Positions 1 to 8,196 of a DNA stretch of 27,472 bases are shown here, one piece after another (positions within the stretch are counted from its first letter, which is position 1; every line of letters begins with the position of its first letter). Under the pieces are notes generated by a model that was given only the letters and a program-made list of their open reading frames with translations, ran no database searches and was not told the DNA's origin. The position numbers and the translations under genes were made by a program. This DNA comes from Burkholderiaceae bacterium (lineage in GTDB: Bacteria; Pseudomonadota; Gammaproteobacteria; Burkholderiales; Burkholderiaceae_C): NCBI GenBank assembly GCA_039921765.1, contig JBDSBD010000152.1, positions 1 through 27,472 on the forward strand. Direction: 5' to 3'.

Positions 1-21
1 AGTCGGGTCCTTGAAAAAAAG

Positions 22-798
22 TCACTCGGTGTGCAATGTGGTCAATGGGCCCAGGTTGCCGCGAAACGCGCTCGACTTCTTCAGCAGGTTCTTGGCGGTC
101 ACGGCAATGTCGTGCTCGATCGCGCGGCGCGTCGCGGCCGCCTTTCCGTTGCGCAGCGACTCGAGGATGTCGGCGTGGCCCGACGCGTCCCATTGCATGG
201 TCGGGTTGGTCAGCGAGAAGTACATGAAGGGCCCGGCGCGCAGCCACAGCGCCTCGATCAGCCCGGGCAGGATTTCCGACTGCGACGCCGCGTAAAGCGC
301 GAAGTGGAACGCTTGGTTGTACGACAGGCAGCCCAGGATGTCGCGGCGTTCGATGGCCTTGTGCAGCTGGGCGTCGAGCTTTTCCAGTTGGGCAATCAAT
401 TGCGGCGTCACGCGTTCGCAGGCCATCTCGGCCGCCATGCCTTCGAGGGCCGTGCGCACGCGCGTCAACTCGATGAAGCGCGACGGCGTCATGCGCGCCA
501 CCATCACCGATCGGTTGGGCAGCGCTTCGAGCACGCCGGCCGCCGTGAGCTGGCTGATGACCTCGCGCACCGGCATCGGGCTGGTGCCCAGCTGCTGGGC
601 CAGTTGCCGCAATGACAGCGGCTGGCCGGGCACGATCTGCCCGACCATCAGCGAGCGGCGCAATTGCTGCGCGACGCGATCCTGCAGTTCGCCGCGCCGC
701 GGCTTCGGATGTTCGTCGGCCGACCTTATCTCCGATTTGGCAGACCCGGGGCCACGTTGTATTGAGCTGAACTCATTCTGACTGGACGCCAATACCAT
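22..798 (-). CDS. GntR-family transcriptional regulator (N-terminal wHTH + FCD domain)
   Basis: 258 aa ORF. wHTH segment LQDRVAQQLRRSLMVGQIVPGQPLSLRQLAQQLGTSPMPVRE; FCD residues NQAFH, GHADIL, EHDI. AGGAGAG RBS just upstream of the ATG at 798. Confidence 0.93.
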   Translation of the reverse strand: MVLASSQNEFSSIQRGPGSAKSEIRSADEHPKPRRGELQDRVAQQLRRSLMVGQIVPGQPLSLRQLAQQLGTSPMPVREVISQLTAAGVLEALPNRSVMVARMTPSRFIELTRVRTALEGMAAEMACERVTPQLIAQLEKLDAQLHKAIERRDILGCLSYNQAFHFALYAASQSEILPGLIEALWLRAGPFMYFSLTNPTMQWDASGHADILESLRNGKAAATRRAIEHDIAVTAKNLLKKSSAFRGNLGPLTTLHTE

Positions 799-965
799 AA
801 CCGTCTCTCCTGCTGATCCCGATGAAATGTCGCGCTTATTCGTGGTCGGTGGTCAGGGGCGGCCCAGTTTGACGGGTATCTCCAAAATACTCGGAACCGG
901 CGCGAAAAATCGACGAAGCGGCAAGCGCCCCGCAGGCCATGGCATCAGCCAACACATCGTGAGTG

Positions 966-994
966 ATTGTGATCACAGCGAGGTGCGATGTCAA
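966..994 (-). promoter_or_regulatory. sigma70-type promoter for gntR with overlapping palindromic operator TGTGATCACA
   Basis: Minus strand reads TTGACA (994-989), 11 nt, TGTGATCACAAT (977-966). The -35 to -10 (CACAAT) spacing is 17 nt. Same layout as the sites at 1176 and 7162. Confidence 0.75.
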
Positions 995-1175
995 GCCGTG
1001 AGCACCGTCCTGGTCCGTCACGCGACCCCAGCGGCCGTGACACTGCTGCGCCGAGCGGTCGTGCCGCCGGGAATCGCAAAATCTGTTACTACCAAGGGGA
1101 TGGCGCGAGCATTGCGGCAGCGCGAAACCTCTCGCTCCACCGGGTTTCCCCGGCTCTTTCGAATGCCGAAAGCGC

Positions 1176-1213
1176 TTGACAGCCTCTCCGTCTGTGATCA
1201 CACTAAGTGATCA
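1176..1213 (+). promoter_or_regulatory. sigma70-type promoter for the substrate-binding protein gene with tandem operator
   Basis: TTGACA 1176-1181, 11 nt, TGTGATCACACT 1193-1204 (-10 = CACACT, 17-nt spacer), 2 nt, second GTGATCA 1207-1213. Confidence 0.78.
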
Positions 1214-1331
1214 TGCTCGATGAAACTGGAAGCGTCGACAACGCGCGCAGTACGGCGGCGCGCGGTTGGCGGGCGGGCCGGTGCATGCGATGACTGCCCA
1301 TTGAAATCCCTTGTCACTGGAGATTCATATT

Positions 1332-2330
1332 ATGGCTACGGTTCGAAATATCGCTAGATTGGTTGCCTCTGCGGTGGTTGGTGCGGCAGTATTCGGCGCA
1401 ACCACCGGCACTGCATTTTCTCAGGAGCAGGTCAACGTCCGTTTCAGCTGGAAACTGAAAGGCGAGTATGCGCCGATGTATGTCGCGCAGGAAAAAGGTT
1501 ACTACGCACGCGAAGGCCTGACGGTTCGTCTGGGCGAAGGCGCGGGCGCGCCGGCGGCGCTCGGCGCCCTGTTGCAGGGCCAGGAAGATGCGGTACTGCT
1601 GCCGGGCGTGTTCGCGTTGACGGCGATCAGCAAGGGGATGCCGATCAAGCTGATCGCGCTGTACCACCCGAAGACCCCGGTGGCGCTGATCTCGTGGCCG
1701 GACAACGCCGTGCGCACCCCCAAGGATCTGGAAGGCAAGTCGATCGCCACCGCCATCGGCGAGACCGGCACCACCTACCTCGACTCTTTCTGCAAGGCCA
1801 ATGGGGTCGATTGCGGCAAGGTCAAGCGCGTTCAAGTGAACGCGCAGTCGCGTGTGCCGCAGTTCATTCAGCGCAAGGTCGATGTCGTCAGCGTCTACCA
1901 GACCAACGACCTGCCGATCCTCGAAGAGACGCAGGGCACCAAGTTCATCGTGCTCGAGATGGACAAGAACGGCCTGGCCATTCCCGGCATGGCGCTGGTC
2001 AGCAGCGATGCGGTCATCGCGAAAAAGCCGCAGACCCTGAGCAAGCTGCTGAAGGCGGTGGGCGATGGTGTGGTCGAGATGAAGAAGGATTCGTCCGAAG
2101 CGGCCAAGATGATGATGAAGAACTGGTCGGGCCACCCGAGCGCCTCGGCGGTCACCGCGCAGGTCAAGGCGACCGCCGACGCGATACCCGCCACGCCCGG
2201 CCATCCGGTCGGCTGGATCGATGAAAAGGTGGTGGGCGACGCGCTGGCGATGCTCAAGGCGACCGGCGAGATCGACGCGCCCAAGCCCACAGCCACCTAC
2301 TTCACCAACAGCCTGCTCGACGCCAAGTGA
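1332..2330 (+). CDS. ABC transporter substrate-binding protein, NMT1/THI5-like (NitT/TauT family)
   Basis: Signal-peptide-like N-terminus (MATVRNIARLVASAVVGAAVFG..AFSQ) and family-like segment RFSWKLKGEYAPMYVAQEKGYYAREGL. ATG 1332 chosen over TTG 1311 because of the GGAG RBS at 1319-1322. Confidence 0.88.
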   Translation: MATVRNIARLVASAVVGAAVFGATTGTAFSQEQVNVRFSWKLKGEYAPMYVAQEKGYYAREGLTVRLGEGAGAPAALGALLQGQEDAVLLPGVFALTAISKGMPIKLIALYHPKTPVALISWPDNAVRTPKDLEGKSIATAIGETGTTYLDSFCKANGVDCGKVKRVQVNAQSRVPQFIQRKVDVVSVYQTNDLPILEETQGTKFIVLEMDKNGLAIPGMALVSSDAVIAKKPQTLSKLLKAVGDGVVEMKKDSSEAAKMMMKNWSGHPSASAVTAQVKATADAIPATPGHPVGWIDEKVVGDALAMLKATGEIDAPKPTATYFTNSLLDAK

Positions 2331-2371
2331 TCTGACGCTGCAGGTCGGCGGGCTGCTGCCGGCTGCGCCCT

Positions 2372-4717
2372 TCAGGGCGCCGCCGGCTCACGCGCTTCGC
2401 GGATCAGGCGGGAGAGGTTGTTCGGCGACAACGGCAGCGAGACCACCTTGACGCCAAACGATTGCAAGGCATCGGCCACCGCATTGGCGATGGCCCCGCC
2501 GACGCCTTCGATGCCACCCTCGCCGACGCCTTTGGCGCCTAGCGGGTTCAGCGACGAAGGCGCCCGGTTCAGGCTGTAGGCCTCGACATTCGGGAAATCG
2601 GTGCTGGTGGGCAGCAGGTAGTCGGCGAAGCTGCCGCACATCATCTGGCCGGAGTCGTCGTAGACAAACTCCTCGAGCAGGGTGCCGCCCAGCCCCTGCA
2701 CCGTCGCGCCGATCACTTGCCCGTGGACGATCAACGGGTTGATGACGTTGCCGCAGTCCTCGACGGTGACGATGCGGACGACCTCGAGGGTCGACGTTTC
2801 CGCGTCGATCGCGACGTGGGCGATCTGCGTTCCGTACTCGAAGGTGCAGACCGTTTGCGCGAAGTGCCCGTCGGCTTGCAGAAGGCACGCTGCGGCCGTG
2901 TCGCCGCGTCCCGTCGCTTCGCAAAGCTGCTCGACCGAGACGATCGTCTCGCCGGTGTGCCGGCTCGACACGCTGCCGCGCCGGTAGGCCAGATCCCCGA
3001 GCGCCAGTCCGCTGCGTTGCGCTGCCTCGGCCAGCAGCTGCGAGACAAACGCTTCACCGACCCGCTTGACGGCGCTGCCGCCCATCACCATGCCGCGCCC
3101 GTGATAAGTGCCGAAGCCGCGCGCCACACCGGTGGTCGAGCCGTGGAAGACCTGGATCGCGGCGCAGTCCAAGCCGATCTCGTCGGCCAGGATCTGCGCG
3201 AACGAGGTCTCGTGGCCCTGCCCACTGCTCGACGCGCCGGTGAAAAGGTGCACGTCGGTCGGTGAGTGGATCTGCAGCCGGGCGTATTCGGCCGGGCCGG
3301 CGCCGCTGCTGTCGACGAAGCACGCGATGCCCACGCCATGCCACCGGCCGTCGATCTGCTTGCCGCGCAGGCTCGACAGGCCGGCATAGTCGATCTTGTC
3401 CAGCGCATGTTGCAACACGAACGGGTAGTCGCCGCTGTCGTATTCGCCGGACCCCTCGTAGGGCACCAGCGCGCCGATCCGATAGGGCATCTGCTCGGGG
3501 CGGATCAGGTTGCGCAGGCGCACCGCGGCGGCGTCGAGCCCGAGGTCGGCGGCCATCATGTCGATCAGCCGTTCGCGAAAGAAGTTGGCCTCGTAGCGCC
3601 CGGGCCCGCGAAAGGTGCCGGATGGCGTCTTGTGCGTCATCACCGCGTTGACATCGCAGGTGTAGTGCGCGATGTCGTAGGGGCCGGGCAGGAACGAGGC
3701 GGCCTTCGCCGGCACGATACCGCCGGTGGTGCGTGCGTAGGCGCCCATGTCGGCGAAGATTCTTCCGCGCAGCCCGAGGATCGTGCCGTCGCGGCGCGCG
3801 GCGATCTCGAGCTCGCAGTCCATTTCGCGCGAATGGTTCATCGCGATCAGGTTTTCACGCCGGTCCTCGATCCACTTGACGGCGCGACCCATGAGCCTGG
3901 CGACGAGCGGAATCAGCAGATCCTCCGGGTAGAACTCGCCGCGCGCACCGAAGCTGCCACCCACGTCGAGTTCGATCAGGTCGACGGCATCCTCGTCGAG
4001 GCCGAGCATCTGCGCCAGCAGGCGCCGGTTGTAGAACGGCACCTTGGTCGCGCCCCAGACCTGCAGACGCTCGCTCGCAGCGTCCCAGCGCGCCACCAGA
4101 CCGCGCGTCTCGAGCGGCACCGACGAGTGCCGGTGACAGTGGAACGTCTCCTTGCGCGTGTAGTCGGCGTTCGCGAATGCAGCGTCGGCGTCACCGCGGC
4201 GGGCGGTGTAATGGGCCGCCCGGTTGGTCCCCGCGTCCGCATGGACGAGAACCTCGTCGCGCAGCGCCGCGGCGATGCCGACGACGGCGTCGCACGCGTC
4301 GATCTCGGCGCAGACGAGGTCGGCGCCATCCTCGGCGGTGTAGCGGTCGTGCGCCACGACGACCGCGAGCGGCTCGCCGACGTAGCGCACGGTGTCCTTG
4401 GCCAGCGGCCACTGCAGACAGCGCTCGAGCCCCGCGACCGGGCCGACGCGCACCGGAATGGCCAACGCGTGTGTCGCGATGTCGGCATGCGTGAAGACCG
4501 CCAGCACGCCAGGCACGGCGAGTGCTGCGCTCGTGTCGATCGCGGTGATGCGCCCGTGCGCCAGCGGACTGCGCACGATCACCGCGTGGCACAGATCGGG
4601 CAGTTTGAAGTCATCGACGAAACAGCCGGCGCCGCGCAAGAAGCGCTCGTCTTCGTGGCGCTCGCGGGCGCGCCCGACTTCCTGGGCCGCGGGGGGCATG
4701 GCGGGGGCTTGGTTCAT
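2372..4717 (-). CDS. Xanthine dehydrogenase/CoxL-family molybdopterin-binding large subunit of a molybdenum hydroxylase
   Basis: Real start MNQAPAM at 4717 overlaps the small-subunit stop (ATGA). Motifs VGGSFGARGE, GTFRGPGRYE, SSGQGHET, GAKGVGEGG. Lacks the AYXCSFR motif of form I CO dehydrogenase. Confidence 0.92.
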   Translation of the reverse strand: MNQAPAMPPAAQEVGRARERHEDERFLRGAGCFVDDFKLPDLCHAVIVRSPLAHGRITAIDTSAALAVPGVLAVFTHADIATHALAIPVRVGPVAGLERCLQWPLAKDTVRYVGEPLAVVVAHDRYTAEDGADLVCAEIDACDAVVGIAAALRDEVLVHADAGTNRAAHYTARRGDADAAFANADYTRKETFHCHRHSSVPLETRGLVARWDAASERLQVWGATKVPFYNRRLLAQMLGLDEDAVDLIELDVGGSFGARGEFYPEDLLIPLVARLMGRAVKWIEDRRENLIAMNHSREMDCELEIAARRDGTILGLRGRIFADMGAYARTTGGIVPAKAASFLPGPYDIAHYTCDVNAVMTHKTPSGTFRGPGRYEANFFRERLIDMMAADLGLDAAAVRLRNLIRPEQMPYRIGALVPYEGSGEYDSGDYPFVLQHALDKIDYAGLSSLRGKQIDGRWHGVGIACFVDSSGAGPAEYARLQIHSPTDVHLFTGASSSGQGHETSFAQILADEIGLDCAAIQVFHGSTTGVARGFGTYHGRGMVMGGSAVKRVGEAFVSQLLAEAAQRSGLALGDLAYRRGSVSSRHTGETIVSVEQLCEATGRGDTAAACLLQADGHFAQTVCTFEYGTQIAHVAIDAETSTLEVVRIVTVEDCGNVINPLIVHGQVIGATVQGLGGTLLEEFVYDDSGQMMCGSFADYLLPTSTDFPNVEAYSLNRAPSSLNPLGAKGVGEGGIEGVGGAIANAVADALQSFGVKVVSLPLSPNNLSRLIREAREPAAP

Positions 4718-5211
4718 GTCCGCGGCGCCTCGGCGGACTGGGCACCGAGCCGGGCGGCCGCTTCGATCGCGTCGACGATCGGAAGGTAGCCGGTGCAGCG
4801 GCACAGGTTGCCCGAGATCGTGTCCCGAATCTGCGCCCGCGTGGGTTGCGGGTTCTCCTGCAGCAGCGCGTGCGCCGTCACCAGCAGGCCGGGTGTGCAA
4901 AAGCCGCACTGCAGCGCGTGACGGGTCTTGAAGCATTGCTGCAGCACCGACAGCCCGCGCGGCGGTGACAGCCCCTCGACCGTGGTGACCTGCCGGCCGT
5001 TGAGCTGCGCGGCCAGCAGCAGGCAGGCACGCGCCGACACGCCATCCAGCAGCACGGTGCAGGCGCCGCACACGCCGTGTTCGCAGCCCAGATGGGTGCC
5101 GGTGAGGTTCAGCTCGTTGCGCAGGAAGTCGGCCAGCGTCAGGCGGGGTTCGACGCAGGCCTCGACCGGCGCGCCGTTGACGAACAGCGATACGGAGATG
5201 GGTTCAGCCAT
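4714..5211 (-). CDS. (2Fe-2S)-binding small subunit (CoxS/XdhA-like)
   Basis: GCEHGVCGACTVLLDG, LQCGFCTPG and NLCRCTGY cysteine motifs for two [2Fe-2S] clusters. Confidence 0.95.
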   Translation of the reverse strand: MAEPISVSLFVNGAPVEACVEPRLTLADFLRNELNLTGTHLGCEHGVCGACTVLLDGVSARACLLLAAQLNGRQVTTVEGLSPPRGLSVLQQCFKTRHALQCGFCTPGLLVTAHALLQENPQPTRAQIRDTISGNLCRCTGYLPIVDAIEAAARLGAQSAEAPRT

Positions 5212-6088
5212 GGTGAAGCGGGTTCCTCGGGTTCAGCGCCTGCGTCAGCGCGCGTGCGGTCAGCGCTTGCACCAGCTCGCTGCGGTACTGGGCGCTCGCG
5301 TGGTGGTCGGAGCGGCATTCGACGACATGGCGCGCATTGAGTGCGGCGTTGCGCACATGGCGCTCGGTGGGCGTGCGCCCCGTCAGCTCGGCCGCGGCGG
5401 CGCGCAGCAGCAGCGGGCTGTCATTGACACCGAAGGCGACGATGCGCGCCTGCGTGCAGACGCCGCTAGGCTCGACGTCGAGCAGGCAGGCGATGCCGAC
5501 GATCGCGAAGTCGCCGTGGCGGCGCGCGATTTCCTGGAAGCCCCAGCGGCGCGTCGCCGGCCATGCCGGGAAGACCACCTGGACCAGCATTTCGGTGGGC
5601 GCCAGCGCCGTCGTGAACAGGCTGAGCGAAAACTCCGCGGCCGGCAGTCGACGGATCCCGCGGCTGCTTTGCAAGACCATCTCGGCGTCACAGGCCAGGC
5701 ACAGCGCCGGCCACTCGGCCGACGGATCGGCATAGCAAAGACTGCCGCCGATGGTGCCGCGATTGCGGATCGCCACGTGCGCGACCGATGCCATCGCGTG
5801 GTGCACCAGCGGCAGACGCTGTGCGATCAACGCGCTGGTTTCGAAGAAGCGGTGGCGCGTCATGGCACCGGCCACGAGACGCCCATCGGGTGCCATCTGC
5901 ACGCCGGCCAGCGCATCGAGCGGGTTCAGATCGATGAGTGCGGCGGGTGCGGCCAGGCGGAAGTTCAGCGCCGGCATCAGGCTTTGCCCGCCGGCCAGCA
6001 GCTTCGCGTTGTCGCCGTGCTCGCCGAGCAGCGCGAGCGCCTCGTCGACGCTGGCGGGCGAGAAGTAATCGAAAACGGGCGGCTTCAT
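5204..6088 (-). CDS. FAD-binding medium subunit (CoxM-like)
   Basis: MKPPVFDYFSP, LLAGGQSLMP, AHVAIRNRGTIGGSL and RRHGDFA motifs. Gene order M-S-L. Confidence 0.94.
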   Translation of the reverse strand: MKPPVFDYFSPASVDEALALLGEHGDNAKLLAGGQSLMPALNFRLAAPAALIDLNPLDALAGVQMAPDGRLVAGAMTRHRFFETSALIAQRLPLVHHAMASVAHVAIRNRGTIGGSLCYADPSAEWPALCLACDAEMVLQSSRGIRRLPAAEFSLSLFTTALAPTEMLVQVVFPAWPATRRWGFQEIARRHGDFAIVGIACLLDVEPSGVCTQARIVAFGVNDSPLLLRAAAAELTGRTPTERHVRNAALNARHVVECRSDHHASAQYRSELVQALTARALTQALNPRNPLHHG

Positions 6089-6155
6089 AGGCTCCTCGTG
6101 CGGGCGCTGCGCGCGTGTCCCGGCGTGTCCAGGCCTCCGGCGGGCCCATAATCTG

Positions 6156-6191
6156 TGCGAGAATTGTTTCTCGTATTGCGAGAACTGTCAA
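6156..6191 (-). promoter_or_regulatory. Promoter for the coxMSL-like operon with CGAGAA/TTCTCG inverted repeats (candidate IclR operator)
   Basis: Minus-strand TTGACA (6191-6186), 17 nt, AACAAT (6168-6163). Repeats TGCGAGAA 6156-6163, TTCTCGTA 6168-6175 and TGCGAGAA 6177-6184 give the palindrome TTCTCG-N5-CGAGAA across the spacer. Confidence 0.6.
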
Positions 6192-6218
6192 CGCCTCCCG
6201 GGCTTGAGAATCCCTGTC

Positions 6219-7046
6219 ATGGCATCGAAGAACACATCGAAGGCAGCGGCAGCCCGCCCCGCGACCCGGCCGTCCGGCGTCGCTGCGGCGCGCCCCGCCT
6301 CGGGCGCGTAGAGCGCGCGCAGGGTGCTCAGCGTGCTGCTGTACTTCGACGCGAACCGCCCGTTCGCCACCATCGACGAGCTGGCCCCGGCGGTGGGCGC
6401 GCCGCTCAGCACGACCTACCGTTACGCGGCGTTGCTCAAGTCCATGGGGTTCCTCGGCGACGACGGCCATGGTCGCTATTTCATCGCACCGACCCTGTTG
6501 CGGCTGTCCGATGCGGCGCGTGCGGCGATCGGCTACGCCGAGCTGGCCCGTGCCGCCGTGGACGAACTCGCCGCCCAGACCGGGGAAACCGTGCTGCTGA
6601 TCCAGCCTGTGGGTCACAACGGCGTGTGCATCGCCAAGGCCGAGTCGGCGCATTCGATGCGGCTCGCCTATGAGCTCGGTGCGGCGTTTCCGCTGCATCG
6701 CGGCGCGGCTCCGAAGGCCCTGCTCGCCCACTTGCCGGCCAACGAACGCGAGCGCTACCTCGACCATGTCGCACGCAGCGAAGCGGCGCCAGGCGACAGC
6801 TTGACTGCGTTGCGCGCCGAACTCGAACGCATCCGCGCCGACGGCGTGGCCTACAGCCGGGCCGAGATCACGTCGGGCGTGTGGGCCGTTGCGGTGCCGG
6901 TGTACCAGCGCGACAAGGCGGTGCTCGCGCTGTCGGTCGCGGGGCCGGCCTTCCGCCTGAAGAAGCCGCTGCGGCCGGCGATCGAACAGAAGGTCCGCGC
7001 GGCGGCGCAGCGGCTGTCGACGCTGCTCACCGGTCTGGTCAGCTGA
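6219..7046 (+). pseudogene. IclR-family transcriptional regulator with an in-frame TAG at 6309-6311 (or an intact shorter gene from GTG 6324)
   Basis: ATG 6219 reads MASKNTSKAAAARPATRPSGVAAARPASGA*SARRVLSVLLYF in the same frame as the 6324-7046 ORF. HTH (IDELAPAVGAPLSTTYRY) and effector domain (PLHRGAAPKALLA, GVWAVAVPV) are intact. Confidence 0.6.
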
Positions 7047-7161
7047 GCGCGGCGAAGCGGCCCGGGCGCCTGCGCGAGGATCCGATCCTTGGCGCGGCGG
7101 GCGGCGCGGATGCAGGCGCTGGGGACTCGGGTATTCCCGCGGCGCTCGAGCCCGAATCGGC

Positions 7162-7199
7162 TTGACAATCCAGCCCATTGTGATCACACTGTGTGATCA
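7162..7199 (+). promoter_or_regulatory. sigma70-type promoter for the permease-to-hydrolase operon with tandem operator
   Basis: TTGACA 7162-7167, 11 nt, TGTGATCACACT 7179-7190, 2 nt, GTGATCA 7193-7199. Spacing identical to the 1176-1213 site. Confidence 0.8.
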
Positions 7200-7270
7200 A
7201 TAGAAGCTCAATGGGCCCGCCCGAACCGGCCCGCTTCCCGGTCGATCCCGGCCTCACCAACGGAGGTGAA

Positions 7271-7348
7271 ATGACCCCGCACTGTGACCCATGCAGGCGA
7301 TGCACGCAAGGTGGCTGCGGCGGCCGTCGGCGCGGAGCTGCCGGATGA
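7271..7348 (+). CDS. Possible 25-aa Cys-rich leader peptide/uORF (MTPHCDPCRRCTQGGCGGRRRGAAG)
   Basis: GGAGGTGA SD-like sequence at 7262-7269 directly before ATG 7271; lies in the about 200-nt leader of the permease. Not in the supplied ORF track (too short). Confidence 0.25.
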   Translation: MTPHCDPCRRCTQGGCGGRRRGAAG

Positions 7349-7404
7349 GCGGGGCGCTCGGTCGCGTCGTTGTCCCGGCGGCAACAACCCAAGGAGGTCC
7401 GCCG

Positions 7405-8196
7405 ATGGCGACCAGACAAGCGAAACGCAAGCCTCGAGTCCTTCGCTCCGTGCTGGAGAGCGGTGCGCCGGTCGTGCTGGCGGCGATCCTGCTGCTCGCC
7501 TGGCAGGTCGCGGTGCCGCTGTTCGGCATCTCCGAGTTCGTGCTGCCGACGCCGTGGGCCATCGTTGCGCGCATCTGGAACGACTTCGCGCTGCTGATGC
7601 AGCACGCCTACGTCACCGGACTGGAAGTGGTGTTCGGCTTCGGCATCGCGGTCCTCGTCGGCGTGCCGACCGGTCTGACGATCTTCTATTCGCGCATCTT
7701 CGAGAAGGCGGTCTACCCGCTGCTGGTTGCACTGCAAACCATCCCGAAGGTGGTGCTGGCGCCGCTGCTGGTGCTCTACCTCGGCTACGACTGGGCGCCG
7801 AAGATCTTTCTTGCGTTGCTGATCTCGTTCTTTCCGATCGTCATCTCGACCGTCGTCGGCCTGCAGTCGCTCGAGAAGCCGATGGTCAACCTGCTGCGTT
7901 CGATGGGGGCCACCGAGATGCAGACGTTCTTCAAGCTGCGCCTGCCGCATGCGCTGCCGAGCATCTTCGGCGGCTTCAAGGTCGCGATCGGACTGGCCGT
8001 CATCGGCGCGGTGATCGGCGAGTACGTTGCCGCGGAGCGTGGCCTCGGCTACCTGCAATTGCAGGCCAGCTCGCAGTTCGACACGACGCTCAGTTTCGCC
8101 GCCGTCGTCGTCATCTCGGCGCTGGGTGTGCTGCTCTTCTCCGCCGTCAGCGCCGCCGAGAGCAAGCTGGTGTTCAAGCACGAGGAGTCCAAATGA
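7405..8196 (+). CDS. ABC transporter permease (NitT/TauT family)
   Basis: AAGGAGGT RBS at 7391-7398 before ATG 7405. Multiple hydrophobic segments, IPKVVLAP, and the EAA-like loop LLRSMGATEMQTFFKLRLPHALP. Confidence 0.92.
   Translation: MATRQAKRKPRVLRSVLESGAPVVLAAILLLAWQVAVPLFGISEFVLPTPWAIVARIWNDFALLMQHAYVTGLEVVFGFGIAVLVGVPTGLTIFYSRIFEKAVYPLLVALQTIPKVVLAPLLVLYLGYDWAPKIFLALLISFFPIVISTVVGLQSLEKPMVNLLRSMGATEMQTFFKLRLPHALPSIFGGFKVAIGLAVIGAVIGEYVAAERGLGYLQLQASSQFDTTLSFAAVVVISALGVLLFSAVSAAESKLVFKHEESK

Noticed and set aside
1101-1116. sigma54-like site TGGCGC-N5-TTGC
   Set aside because: Reasonable match, but no sigma54 activator in the window and a better supported sigma70 promoter lies 60 bp downstream. 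May be chance.
2372-6088. Aerobic CO dehydrogenase (coxMSL)
   Set aside because: No AYXCSFR motif and no cox accessory genes.
6309-6311. Genome-wide TAG recoding or pyrrolysine
   Set aside because: TAG terminates other genes in the window and no pyl genes or suppressor tRNA are visible.
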